DNA of 64,000 nt from Microthyrium microscopicum (Eukaryota). Location of the stretch: contig MU004233.1 of NCBI GenBank assembly GCA_010405405.1, positions 2,706,539 to 2,770,538 on the forward strand, read 5' to 3'. A program made the position numbers and the translations under genes. Under the pieces are notes generated by a model. The model made no database searches. It worked only from the letters and a program-made list of their open reading frames with translations, and was not told where the DNA came from. The number at the start of each line of letters is the position of its first letter. Within the stretch, counting starts at the first letter, position 1. This document shows, one piece after another, positions 26,901 through 38,811 of this stretch.

Positions 26901-27644
26901 AGTAGTAATTTATTATTTAGTATCTATTATGAGTATTTTAGCTATCTTAGGGCTTAAATTTAATAATTTTTAGATAATTTTTAGATAGTTAATAGCTAAG
27001 ATATTATTAAATTAGGGTTTAAAAAGCTATAGAGGTAAAATTTATATGTAATCCTTTATCTCTATTTGATACCCCCTAATAGGACCAATTAATCTACTCC
27101 TTACCTCTTTTGGCTGTTGGATAGCGTTTATTAATTATCAAGTTTTCAGCTGCTAACCCTCCAGATTGTATACCGTACCACTTGATGCCCAATTTATAGC
27201 CCCTGATACCGTTTTCTCACTTGTGGCGCTTGGACTTATCTGGATTAGCGTCCCTGACAAGGTTGCTGCCCATGCAGTGCAAGGATCTGGGCCTGGGGCT
27301 CCCCTGAGCATCCAATAATTCGGGAGTCTTGGGGGCTAAGCCTCAAGTATTCAACTCCTCCTTCATTATCGCGATCTGCTTGAACAACTTCAGTTTGTTG
27401 TCGATTCTTTTCCTTCTGATTTTGCGCTGAATTCTTATCCTTATGCTTTCTAGTAAATATCGCTGATACCTTCCATTCGCGCCCAAGACTCACTCATTCA
27501 CGACGCCCCTGAAGCCTGAATTTGGGGCATGCATACATCCAGACCCTGACTGCGATCACCGGCCTCTAACCGCGAACCTTCTATCGAGTCCCCGTTTAGG
27601 CCTATCCACTCGTTATACCATAAATCCAACTGAAATCGCGAGGG

Positions 27645-30600
27645 ATGAGCGTAAATCGTACTCAGCTCCCCCAGGATCCATTTCAGCGACCGGCGACTGT
27701 TGGATATACTGGTCAAGCCGCTGGGGCAACCTTCCCGCAGCAGCAACCGCAGCAATGGGCGCCACAGCAGCCTACAACAGGTTATAACCCTGCGCAGTAT
27801 CCTGTGATGCCGAGCGTAGCAGGGCAATATCAAGGACATGTACAACCGCAGCAACAACAGCAATCGCAGTATAATCAGCAGCAGCCAGTCTATCAAACCC
27901 CAGGATCCCAAGCGCCGCCAGCTCCTGGAGCATATCAGGCCGAGAATCAAAACCAGGGCTACAATAACAGATGGTCGGTTTCTGGCCAAGTCCCAAATCA
28001 AACCCAACAGTATGATCAAAATGCTCCACAACGGCAGTCGATATACGTTGGAGGTTCTGGCGCAACTCAAAATCCAATAGAGGGACAGAGTCAATATGCG
28101 CAGCAAGTGCCTCCTCCTCTACCACCGAAGGATGGCTATGCCCAGCATGCTATGCAGACACAACAGTACGGTGCCCAGCAGCCTCAGACTGCTGCAGGCT
28201 ACCAACAGCCAAATCAACAATTTGCACCCCCTCAAGGACAATATCAATATGCAGGGCAGCAACCACAGCAATATGGGCAACCGCAGCAAGTACCACCGCC
28301 AACTCAATCTCCTTTACAGAACTTTCATAATACTCCTCCGCCACAAGCTCAATATGGTCATCAACCGCAACCCTCCCAACCTGCAAACCAATATCAATCA
28401 CATGGGCAACAAATAGGACAGGCAGCAGTACCTAACCAGCAGTATCAACAACCAGGTCAACATCCACAGCCAGGATATCAAGGTTATCAACAGCAACAGT
28501 ACCACCAAACCTATCCACCTCAACAACAACCAGGTCAAATATCGAACATACCCTTGCAAAGTTCTCAAAACCCTCAAGTTGAACCAGTATCTCCTATTCT
28601 TGCTGGTCGACAGAATGATCTCCAAAATTCAAGACCGAGCTCACATCATTTACCTTCGCGAACCAATAGCAACATCAGCAAGCCTATTCTAACACCAAAT
28701 TCCAATTCTTCTCCTCCTAGACCTGCCAGGACAACTGATTCTCCAATTTCAGCATTGAAGCCCGTACATGGTCAGGGGTTTGAAACTAAGAAAAAGGTGG
28801 CAGATCCGAATGGCGTCGGCAGCACTGGTGCATCCGCTCTAGGCTATGGAGGACCATCTGATTGGGAGAGCTTCGGACCAGCAGAATACGAGGTTGATGA
28901 TCTAGATTTCTACTCACAACGACAGGAGAAAGCCGAAGAGCAAAAGGACGCTCCAATTGAGTTACCAACCGGGTCACCCGTTACTACTGGGCCGCCCCCT
29001 CCCACATCTGTGATCCATGGAGTTATGGAGGTTGAAGGTAGTACAGTTCCTGTTCAGCAGCATCCAATACATGCGCCTCAGCAATCAGCTTCAGTAGTAG
29101 GAGCTGCCATTGATTCTGGAGTGATCATGTCAGCAGAGCCTAGACAAGCCCATTCCAATCACCCTCCTGGCCCTCCACCTAATCATCCTCAAGTTGCATC
29201 TCCTCCTCCTGCAGAGAACGGCTTGATCATTAGTAATGCTAGTGGATGGGTACCACCTCCAAGCACTGGAGCTCAGTATCAACAACCTCCGTCCCAACCA
29301 CACACCGGGATCATCGTAGGAGCTGCTGGATCCCAAGCAGGATGGCAAGGCGCTCCTATTCAAGGTATGCAGATGTCTAATGTACCTCCTCAGCAGCCTG
29401 CATCAGCACCACCAGGTCAGATGCATGTTGCTCCACCTCACACTGGACTTCTAGCTCAGACCTCTCTAGCCCATTCGATTCCAAATACAGATGAGCACAA
29501 GGCACTTTTAGCAAAACTGGCAGAAACCGAAAGTGAATTGGCTCATTTCAAAGATCGCGAAATGGAGACTCGTCTACTAGGAGAACAAAGTACTGAAGAG
29601 GTACAAAAGCTCAACGGTCGAATTGCAAAGCTGCAAGACGAATGTAATGGTGCACAAAGTGAATATGCCAAGCTTGAGCGCTCAATGGAAGCAATGGAAA
29701 ATGCATCAGTCACCGCTTCAAATGAAAAGGCAGCAATGGAAAAGGAAAGGGGCAATCTGATTGCTAGAATTCAACAACTGGAAAGCGCTTTAGCTACCAT
29801 GAATGCCGAAAAGGAAGGTACTAGAGGAGATCTTACGACCAAACTACAAGCCGCTGAGACTGCACACGCAACGACGAGAACCGATGCTGAAGCAGCGAGT
29901 ACCGGATATCAAGCCAAAATCAAAGAACACGAAACTTCTCTCGCTGAAGCCAAATCCGAGATCGAAGTACTGAAGAAGCAATTGGAAGATGCTAAATCCA
30001 AACCTGCGGACATCGCTCCAGGGCTTGGAGACTGGTATAAAGGATCGCTATCTCGTTTCTCCGAGGTACTGTTTGCTGAAGAAGCAGCTGATAGTGTTCC
30101 GATTAAGATGAAGAAATTCCAAGATTGGGTTAATGCTGAGGCCCAGATGAGAGGTATACAAATGGAGTTTCGGCCCAAATCAGGTTTCAGTTCGGCTCAA
30201 GAACCTCTGGTCTCTCCGGCTTTCACACCTGCGGACACTCCAACTCACAAGCCAAGCCTTGATATGCAAGCTGTTCAGAGAGCTGTATCGAATGCTGATT
30301 CCGATGGCGAACAATATTCACCTGGAGGCAGACCGATAATAGGACGTCCAGTTGCCGGAAGTAGAACAGAGAGTGAGCCTGCATTTCCAGTCCAGCAACC
30401 AATCATTGCACAAATGGCTCCAGCAATTCCAGCGGAAACGAATTCCCCTACCACCGAAAAGCAGCCATTCCGTGCTTACAGAGATCGATCATCGTCAAAT
30501 GCTGTTGTTCATCCGCCACGAAACGATTCTAGATCCAGCTCAATTCCAAACAATGCTGGACAATCGGTGCAAGTTCCTGTTCAACCTCCAGTAGTCCAAG

Positions 30601-32225
30601 CAGCAGTTCCGCCGCCAGTAGCCAAGCCAGCATACCAAAAATTTCAGTATGTTCCGCCAACATCTCCTAACGCGGGAGTTCCTATCGTGGAATCTATCAC
30701 ATCTCCTGTTACTCTTACACGCAATTCGGCTTCCCTGCCATTGCTTCCCACATCCGCAAGATCAGCATCAGTGAGACCGCAGGAAGAGACTTTCTTACCC
30801 AGTGTAGCCGAGGGGAGCAAGGTTCCAGAGACACCCATCGATGAGTCTGCACTACCTGCTCCATTGAAGCCTAAAACGCCCGCTCCATTCACCAAATCAC
30901 CAGCTCAAGAAAAATCTCCAGCGCCCAAAATACTGACTCCTATCCAGGACAAGAAGAAGAAATCAAGCACCTCACCAATAGAAGAACTTCTGGACATTCT
31001 TCCACCGTTTAGAATGCCCACGCCATTACTCCACCATCCACTGATCATTCCAATCCATAAAGCAACATCCCGCTTCTCCCCCTCTGACTTTTCATTTATC
31101 CGCGCCGTGTCCTCCGAATGGGAAGCCCGCGCCGCCTCCAACCGCAAAAGACTGGATTCCGAACGAGCCAAACGCCAAGCGGCTTTTGAAAAAGACCCGG
31201 ACCAACTGTTCCAAGACGGCGAAATCGGCTACGGCGACATCAGCGCTATCGAAGAAGAGCACAAAAACCAAGAACTCAAACATCGCGATCAGGAAGATAC
31301 GGAGGAGTGGGAGAGCTATAATAAAGAAGTCTTTAGCATCGTCTTTGGACGTCTACAAGCGGAAATTGAAGAGCTCCTGCGTATCCGTGCCGACGTCGAT
31401 GCACTAGTTAGTGCTGCTGTTGCTGGTGCGGAGGCGTTGGGCCCGGTGGAGAGTGCGAAGACGGTGCCGTTAGTTGATGCGCTTGACTTGCTGATTCGCG
31501 TCCATGGGTTGCTAGAGGAGCGTGAAAGTGAAGCGAATGCAGCTGTCATTGAGCGCGATCGACGATTCAAGAAGGGCACAACGCGTGGTCTATATCGACG
31601 TGGACAGATCAAGGCGTTGAAGGAACGGGAGGCGCATTTCGAAAAGTTGGAGAGGAGAAATTTGGTGGATCAGCGGGTTAAGAGGACGAAGAACTGTGCT
31701 GAGCTGATGAAGAATGTGGAGACTACTTCGACACGTGGATGCGATAAGAATGAGGCGTGCGCTAGGCAGATACTCGCTCTGCTCAAGCGTATTGCTGAGG
31801 ATTCCTCATCGCCTGATGTGGGTGATGCGCTTGGGAGGTCGGCGGATGTGTTGGTTCAGTTGGCGGATAGTTCGACAAGGCTGATGAGGCTGTTTGGGAA
31901 GGTGGATAGTTTGTTGAATGATGCGGAGTATGGTCAGCAGGTGGCGATTGATAAGTTGAACGATATGGGACCAGAGGTCTTTAAGGATCTGGAAGGGGAT
32001 AAGAAGGAGCACGATGTGCTTCTGAAGCAGGATGCGAACAAGCGGGAGGCGGGTGTACAGACTGCGTTGAAGGAATGGCAGGCAGAGTTGGACAAGACAA
32101 AGAAGAGCTTAGGAAGTGGTGGTGATGCTGGTGCTTCTGCTGACGGGGACGATGAAGAGAGGGAGAAGAAGAAACGTCTTCAGGCGGCATTGGAGAACGC
32201 AAAGAGGAGAAATAGGGATTTGTAG
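27645..32225 (+). CDS. Large hypothetical protein: Q/P/Y-rich low-complexity N-terminus, central coiled coil, helical C-terminus
   Basis: Single 1526-aa ORF; motif YSPGGRP; heptad-rich segments. Confidence 0.85.
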   Translation: MSVNRTQLPQDPFQRPATVGYTGQAAGATFPQQQPQQWAPQQPTTGYNPAQYPVMPSVAGQYQGHVQPQQQQQSQYNQQQPVYQTPGSQAPPAPGAYQAENQNQGYNNRWSVSGQVPNQTQQYDQNAPQRQSIYVGGSGATQNPIEGQSQYAQQVPPPLPPKDGYAQHAMQTQQYGAQQPQTAAGYQQPNQQFAPPQGQYQYAGQQPQQYGQPQQVPPPTQSPLQNFHNTPPPQAQYGHQPQPSQPANQYQSHGQQIGQAAVPNQQYQQPGQHPQPGYQGYQQQQYHQTYPPQQQPGQISNIPLQSSQNPQVEPVSPILAGRQNDLQNSRPSSHHLPSRTNSNISKPILTPNSNSSPPRPARTTDSPISALKPVHGQGFETKKKVADPNGVGSTGASALGYGGPSDWESFGPAEYEVDDLDFYSQRQEKAEEQKDAPIELPTGSPVTTGPPPPTSVIHGVMEVEGSTVPVQQHPIHAPQQSASVVGAAIDSGVIMSAEPRQAHSNHPPGPPPNHPQVASPPPAENGLIISNASGWVPPPSTGAQYQQPPSQPHTGIIVGAAGSQAGWQGAPIQGMQMSNVPPQQPASAPPGQMHVAPPHTGLLAQTSLAHSIPNTDEHKALLAKLAETESELAHFKDREMETRLLGEQSTEEVQKLNGRIAKLQDECNGAQSEYAKLERSMEAMENASVTASNEKAAMEKERGNLIARIQQLESALATMNAEKEGTRGDLTTKLQAAETAHATTRTDAEAASTGYQAKIKEHETSLAEAKSEIEVLKKQLEDAKSKPADIAPGLGDWYKGSLSRFSEVLFAEEAADSVPIKMKKFQDWVNAEAQMRGIQMEFRPKSGFSSAQEPLVSPAFTPADTPTHKPSLDMQAVQRAVSNADSDGEQYSPGGRPIIGRPVAGSRTESEPAFPVQQPIIAQMAPAIPAETNSPTTEKQPFRAYRDRSSSNAVVHPPRNDSRSSSIPNNAGQSVQVPVQPPVVQAAVPPPVAKPAYQKFQYVPPTSPNAGVPIVESITSPVTLTRNSASLPLLPTSARSASVRPQEETFLPSVAEGSKVPETPIDESALPAPLKPKTPAPFTKSPAQEKSPAPKILTPIQDKKKKSSTSPIEELLDILPPFRMPTPLLHHPLIIPIHKATSRFSPSDFSFIRAVSSEWEARAASNRKRLDSERAKRQAAFEKDPDQLFQDGEIGYGDISAIEEEHKNQELKHRDQEDTEEWESYNKEVFSIVFGRLQAEIEELLRIRADVDALVSAAVAGAEALGPVESAKTVPLVDALDLLIRVHGLLEERESEANAAVIERDRRFKKGTTRGLYRRGQIKALKEREAHFEKLERRNLVDQRVKRTKNCAELMKNVETTSTRGCDKNEACARQILALLKRIAEDSSSPDVGDALGRSADVLVQLADSSTRLMRLFGKVDSLLNDAEYGQQVAIDKLNDMGPEVFKDLEGDKKEHDVLLKQDANKREAGVQTALKEWQAELDKTKKSLGSGGDAGASADGDDEEREKKKRLQAALENAKRRNRDL

Positions 32226-32648
32226 AGCGCTTTGGTTTCGGAAATTTTGAATTGTTGCTAATAGGGATGGGATTGTTTGGTGTTTCTGGAGCGAATTTGT
32301 AGCGTTGCATTTGCACTTTAGTTTGATATAAATTGTAATTCAGTCATACATACTACTCTCATTTGTCTATCTTAATCACTATCATGATTATCATGCTACG
32401 ATATATCAATATCATCACAGTTGAATTAAGAGCTTTGAGTTCCAGGAATTAGACACACATATAAACACACTTGCTCTCATCCAATACTCCACTTCTGAGC
32501 AAGAGATAACGAGTTGTCATTAGGACCTGAGGTTTGAAATGTTCTCTGAATCTACTGACAGCAAAAACAGTCCCCAAAATTCCTTCTCGTACATATTGTG
32601 CAGTGAACTCAGCAGGCCCGGAATCATGTTTTTGCAATGATAAGCACC

Positions 32649-32859
32649 CAACGGCATTGCAAAATCAATGGCGTACTCCCATCAACTCTGATGGCTACCA
32701 CCAGCGCTGCTAACCAAAAAGTGCTTGATTTCCGCGTAGCTGATACCCATTCCCAATCCGAACCCCCTTTATGGCAGATAAAGCACTCGACAACAGTTCG
32801 TAGCATCTGGGCGCCATCAGAGTTGATGGGAGTATGCCATTTATTCTACCATGCCGTTG
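32649..32859. mobile_element. 211-bp fold-back MITE with 47-bp TIRs and 7-bp target-site duplication
   Basis: TIRs 32649-32695 and 32813-32859 (CAACGGCAT..., 5 mismatches); AAGCACC direct repeat at 32642-48 and 32860-66; each arm contains CCATCAACTCTGATGG. Confidence 0.85.
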
Positions 32860-32988
32860 AAGCACCAAGAGTGAAGGACGGCGATCCGAAATTGTAGATG
32901 GAGTTCGTGAGACAGGCAACAGGGTTGTAATTCTTGTCTCACCAACACGACTCCAAACTGGGGTTCGCTAAGCATTAGCGCTGAAATC

Positions 32989-34119
32989 TTAACACAACTC
33001 CCCATGAACATTCTTCTTGTGTTTGATCAAGTCACTCAACCGAGCGAACCCTCTATTTCCAACGCGGTCGCAGTCCTCAACACTACAATCGTGCCTCTCC
33101 TTGCCATGCACCGTCCGCATGTGCTTCGAATAGTCCCTGCGTAAAGCGAACCCTTCCTGCCAATGACGCTTAGAGAACGTACAGCATTCATACGAGCAAT
33201 AGCGAGGAAACTCTGTACTAGGGTGTACACGATGCTTCTTTCTCAAATGTTGTCGTAGATGATCCCGGCGACGAAAGGATGCATCCCCACGATACTTTTC
33301 ACATTCTGGACATGGATAGAGTTTTGGAGAGCCATGGACTTCCCGATGTCTCGTCAAAGCGTCTTGTCGAGAAAAGCATGTGTTACAATTGGAACATGCA
33401 AATGGCTTGTGTTTGGTCGTCTTTGCATGTTCTTCCAGATCCAGGGCTCGTGCAAATGCTTCTTTGCATTTTGCACACGAGTGTTTTGCTGCCAGTGGCC
33501 CAGCATGATTGAAAGTAGAAGTCAGTAGATCAGAGGATCCTGGTCCTTCTGAACCTGTGGACGTAGCTTCAGATGGAGCTACTGACACTGCTCTGGTCTC
33601 CATCACAAGGCTGTCCTCGACGGGTGATGCATCAAGTGGCAGGACCTAAATGCATATATTAGCAAAGTTCACAAGTACAAGGATCTTGAGAATGTGCTAA
33701 ATCCACAGCTTGAAGGTTCTACTACGAAATACCGAAGCAGTCTTCGATATACCCATGAAGATATACTACAGTAGCACATTGCTTCCCTTGGAAAATCTTA
33801 CCCATTGAAGTAGCTCGCCATCCCAAGGAGCGTCCAAGGCTGCATCCAGGAAGCTCAGTCCGCGAAGTTCCACATCATCATGCTGATTGGGAAGTGGCTC
33901 CAAAAGATCTAGCGAAGTTGTCTCTACATTCGCTGCCAGCTCTGTCGACAGGACATTGAAGTTATAGTGGCATGTAGACGGTTTTTCAAGCTGCTTTCCT
34001 CCGTGGCTTCTCCAGTTCCAGTCTGCACGACTATTAAAGATCGTTATTGGCCATAGATCCTCGCTGTCCGAGAAGTAGATAGACGAGTATTCTTCGACTC
34101 TCAATTGTTGTGGACTCAT
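32989..34119 (-). CDS. C2H2 zinc-finger protein (about five fingers); start codon uncertain
   Basis: CAKC..F...L..H...H, CSNC..FSRQDALTRH, CPEC...FRRRDHLRQH, CSVEDC...F.RLSDLIKH; intron 33646-33801 (GTAAGA...TAG) joins the upstream ORF in phase 0. Confidence 0.8.
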
Positions 34120-36014
34120 TCCGGTGACGGTAGGAATATCGTAACTAGAGCAATAGCTGATTATGGATACCAGTAGCAGTATATACGATAGCATCTCAGA
34201 CTCTAGACATAAATCTCGATTGATACTCCTGGAAACAAGTAACAAAGGTCTGACGATTCGACTTTCATCTTGTGTTAGGCTCCTCTAATGATAGCAACAG
34301 GGGAAGAACGTTATTCCAGCCACTGCCAGTAATCGAACCCCCCAATGACAAGGTCTTGATTTTCCAGAGGATATGATGCAATCCAATCAGTGCAGCTTTC
34401 GATGCAGGATGGGAAGACCACGGTCCCAATTTGTTCTAGCCTGTTCAGGCGCAGTGGAGAGGGTGGGCGATGCATCGCGCCCTCTTCCCCTCCCAACTTC
34501 AAGCAACCACCCTCCGCCATACAGTTAAGCTATAATACTCCAGTATAAGTGCGAGAGGTCCAGAGCATGCAATCATAGCTCTTCCATCTCTTCGCGGTTC
34601 GATCTTTTTCAGCCTTGTTACTTTTGAGTAGCGAAGAGCTCAACGATATGGACCTCCGGAGCTTCGCCTAAGTCCTCATAGGCGCAGCTGTTGACCGGCC
34701 TCTGTCCTCGTCAACCTTGGATTAGCCCAAACATTATGTGGGATCTCTCAGTTCCGAAATAGGTCGATTGCATCTTACCGCCAGTGTCAGTCGCTCATAT
34801 CACGTCATGCTGCGCTGAAGAGGTGTGCTGGCTCGCCAGCCCAGTGTTTGGCCATCCAGTGAGGCTGCTAGGCACAAGAATGCCCAGGATACGATACGAA
34901 CCAGTATCGCACTTCACTGACTATGTAGACTAGCTAGGTCTCTTGCATATTCCCCTACTCCCAGTGGCCGACGGGGACCACCCGCGAGCCGTGGTTGGGA
35001 CAGTCTCTCTGCACATGAGACATGCCGCCGATGTAGGCAAGCGAGGAGCCTGGTTCGTTGAGTAGTTTTCTGGGATGATGGCACAAGCTTTGAAGAGGTA
35101 TTCGCTTGTGTTGCTATCTCTCGAGCCCCGCTTCTATTCGGATTTCTCGATCGATTGCTAACGATGGTTTCAGGCTATATGGTGCGAACCTCCGACGGGC
35201 AATCCTCGAATCAGTCCGCAAGCTCACAAGGCTCATTCGAGGTTTTCTATCCTTCGCTTCCCCTACCTCTCTACTACTTGGCCACTTGCTTTACATTCGT
35301 CATAAGAGCCAGCTGAACATTTGTTTAGAGGGGAACAGTGAGTCAGCCTGGAGCTCGCATCTCGATGGATTGAGCCCGGAAGCTTGTGGTCTATTCTAAC
35401 GACATAACCGCTTGTTTTATTCTCTTTGACTCGGCCCAATCGTAGAGACTGCAACATCTTGGTCCAAACGGTTGCTATCCCTTCAATGGCTTTGCAGTTT
35501 TTGCTTAGTAGACCGGCTTCCTCAATGAACCGTACAGAGTTCATGCTGCCATTCTATCCTGTTCCCAGATAAGGTTGGTGCTCGCCGATGATAGCCTGCC
35601 ACACTTCATCCCGGCCATTGGCCCAATTGCATTAGGAACGCAAGCTTTCTCCAAGTGGACGCTTGTCTTTGACTTGATAGGCGACCCCGCAACACAGCGT
35701 CGAGCAGCAACCCATCAGGGTGGATGCTTGTTCTGTAGTGCGTCGAGAGGACTGTAGACTTTCCTATTACCTTCGAATGCCCCACAATATATCTGTTTGC
35801 TTACTCTATCTTCAATTTCCCAGCTGTTTGCTGCGCTTCTTTCGTGCTGAATTTGAGATACGCAATTTCAGATAATCTATTCTTATCCCGATATCAATAT
35901 CACAAGATTATTGCGACTGAGCTACCATCACTTGAGCCTGCGCAACTCTTTCCAACAAGACCGCTTGCTTTTCATATTGTAAAACTCCAAGTCGCGTCCC
36001 TTTTGGAGGCCATC

Positions 36015-37393
36015 ATGACATCGCAGGTAAATGATTCCCTTAGCCGAGTTCATGTTGCGCTTTATACAGTGCAAATACCTGATACTCTCATCGATGACAG
36101 TGCCATTCCGCTTTCCCAGTGCAGAGTAAAGATCAGTTCGACTGCACTGCATGCACTCGCGCCTTGCAATGGAATGGGAGCACTTTTGAGCATCTTTGTG
36201 ACTTCATGCATTATTTGACTGCTACAAATTGTCCCTTCTATTCACCAACAAGATCTAAGTACTAACTCTAGACAGAATGCTGCCCATGGTGGTGCCATCA
36301 GCTCACATCATGATCTTGCTCAGCTTCAAGCAATTTATGAGCAAGCAGAGGAGTACAGGCGCCTGCATCCTATCGATGACCCCATTTCAGAGGCATTTGA
36401 GGGTCTAGCTATGGCGATTCAAGGTCATATTAGATTCGACAACCGGCGTGCATTTCTGGCGCAGCCAGCTCGACAGTCTATATCGTTCACCCAGTCTTAC
36501 TATCATCAACCTCGATTGCCAATTGCCTACTTTAGCCAAACATGGGCCGATGAAGTAGCCACCACTGGACCTTCAGAGCTACCCGACGACTACGACGCTG
36601 CAGCTGACGACACATATATGAATGAAACCTATGTCAACACTGGTACCGCGGACGAGACTCTACTCCAAGGCTCACCGCCTGGACACATCATCAATCTTCT
36701 CGGTCTTCCTCTCTCTGAGAACGGTATGTCTGACTAAAATTTTGTCCCACTCCATCGCTAACAGTTTTAGTTCCACTTACAATGCCCATACCTGAACAGA
36801 CGCCTGCTCCACTTGATATTATCAATAGAGTTGGGCTCAAAGTCAATCTAGACTTGCAGCAGACGCCGGATCTTGAGCGCAACGAGCTGCAACTCTCTGT
36901 TGACCACACTCAATCCGACAACTCAATCGAAGCCACAACCCGCTCACGCCAAACCCATCACCTCAAGAGTTTCGCATTTTGTTTCTTCATCTCCATCATC
37001 CTTGTTATCGCGCAAAGCTACACCGTTGCTCATTCCGCCTATATCAGAATCTCCCATCCCACCACTGTCTGCAACCAGTCCCTCGCTACCACCCTCGACT
37101 TCATCCAGGATTTATTGCACATTGTTGCGCCAGTAGCTTTGCTTATCACTGTGGTCGGGCAAGGACGGAACGGCGCAATGTATCACAGCTTTGGTAAGCA
37201 CTGGTGCTCGCTTGCCGTCATGCTAGTTTCGTTGAGTTTGTCCATGTTGGTGGCAATAGTACTACAAGCCAAGAGAATCAAGGAGATTGCCATGTTTTTC
37301 GTAGGTGTGTCAAACATTATCATTACTCTGGCGACTTGTTCTTATATCTTGTTTGTGCTGCGGCATTGGACTAGCATAGAAGAACCGAGTTGA
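36015..37393 (+). CDS. Hypothetical multi-exon protein with C-terminal transmembrane helices; exon structure uncertain
   Basis: Successive ORFs 36015-36218, 36411-36737, 36782-37393 with splice-like signals; four hydrophobic segments in the last ORF. Confidence 0.45.
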
Positions 37394-37599
37394 CTCTCGG
37401 CTTTGTTGACGATGTCCACAGGTATGATTCTGTATGTAGAAAAATTGAAAATGGCAGCCCACTCACTGTTCTTTTGCCTCTCTAGTGATTGTATGACAAC
37501 TTGAGCAGTCAGAAAGCACATGGCAGCCTCGACTTGCTCATCTGAAGTCCTTTTGTTTCAACTGCGATCTGGCAATGATCGAGTACCATGAAAGAGTCA

Positions 37600-38811
37600 T
37601 CATGAGATCCTTCTCTGTGACTCAAGCTTATTGTTATATTGTTTACGTGCCCTCTTGACTTGCTCGCCGCCAAAAAGCTGCAGTTCTCTCTGCCTCTCAC
37701 ATTCACAAATCGTCTTGGCCCCTTTTCTTGCTTCGACCACGGGGCTCATGTCGAGTTCCTTACAACTCGAGCAGCATCTTATATCCTTGTCAGAACAATC
37801 CAGGCAAACAACCAGGACAAGATGACAGCCTTTCGATTGACATTTGTTCAGCTGACTCGATGACTGGCCACATATATGACATGTTGAGACAGGTTCTGGG
37901 CCATGTGAGAGACTTGTAGATCCTCTGGCATCAAAAACATAATTTCGGCCTTTGAAAAGTGATTCTGATGGCTGCTTTCTGCCACTCGATATCTCGTCGT
38001 CCATCCAAGCTAAATATGCCGCAACTCCACCCTTGAGGGTGCTCACTGGAGCACTCTGGGTTGTATTTTCTTTCATCCACCTCACAGCCTTTTCACATCG
38101 AATACCACCAGTACAGTATGTTAATATTTGCTTTCCATTTGGATCAAACACACCCGCGTTTTTCAAATATTGCGGCCATTGAGAGAATCTCCTGATTTGC
38201 GGTCGTATTGCGGCTTCTCCGTTGTGGGGATCAACAAAATATCCGATCCTTGATTCGTAGTGATTTCGAACATCTAGAAGCAGGGCATTTTCTTCATGAC
38301 ATCTCTGGTGGAACTCTTCGGGTGATAATGACTCGATTATATTCCAATCTTGTGGGAGATAGTCTTGGATACCCATGGGCGTGATTTCTGCTGCGACTCG
38401 CACATTTGCTACTCGGTTGAACACACAGGCGCATCCTTCAGACGGCTTAAAGAACCGGTCTCTAGCTTCTTTCGTACCGAGTGATAGGCCGGTGAAACTC
38501 CAGTGTGAGCAGCATTCTTCGATGAAGGATTCAATCTCATCTTTCGTTCCGGCGACAGTGACATTGTAGCCTTCGGAGGCGACTCTGATTTTGCCTCCCA
38601 GACTATATCTACTCGTGAGTTCGCGGTACCATTGCGCAAGATCTTCAACATTAGACGCCAAATCTCTCAACTCGAGCGGCAATTGAGGGTCATTGGTCCA
38701 ATATCTGTAAAATAGCAGAACTTCCCCGCCCCTCTCAGCGGCTTTACACGAACATGAGTATGTTATCGGATCTGACTGGCCTTGAACCAGACCGAAAGCT
38801 CGTGCCGCCAT
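37600..38811 (-). CDS. Rhodanese-domain protein, TSTD2/TrhO (YceA, UPF0176) family
   Basis: LLFYRY, GKIRVASEGYN, LLDVRNHYESRIGYF, YCTGGIRCEKA, LKGGV..Y, FKGRNYVFD.R, Cys-rich C-terminus. Confidence 0.9.
   Translation of the reverse strand: MAARAFGLVQGQSDPITYSCSCKAAERGGEVLLFYRYWTNDPQLPLELRDLASNVEDLAQWYRELTSRYSLGGKIRVASEGYNVTVAGTKDEIESFIEECCSHWSFTGLSLGTKEARDRFFKPSEGCACVFNRVANVRVAAEITPMGIQDYLPQDWNIIESLSPEEFHQRCHEENALLLDVRNHYESRIGYFVDPHNGEAAIRPQIRRFSQWPQYLKNAGVFDPNGKQILTYCTGGIRCEKAVRWMKENTTQSAPVSTLKGGVAAYLAWMDDEISSGRKQPSESLFKGRNYVFDARGSTSLSHGPEPVSTCHICGQSSSQLNKCQSKGCHLVLVVCLDCSDKDIRCCSSCKELDMSPVVEARKGAKTICECERQRELQLFGGEQVKRARKQYNNKLESQRRIS

Larger units (their letters stand above)
23960..27080. 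mobile_element. RIP-degraded PIF/Harbinger DNA transposon relic (boundaries approximate)
   Basis: Abrupt very AT-rich block with TpA excess and near absence of CpA/TpG; two convergent pseudo-ORFs decodable after reversing C>T/G>A. Confidence 0.85.

Noticed and set aside
25660..27020. TAACCCTAA / TTAGGG hits as telomeric repeats or a telomerase RNA template
   Set aside because: Isolated single hits inside RIP-mutated AT-rich DNA; expected by chance.
27208..27216. TACCGTTTT matching the MITE left end, suggesting a composite element around the RIP block
   Set aside because: Only 9 bp, in direct orientation, with no further homology.
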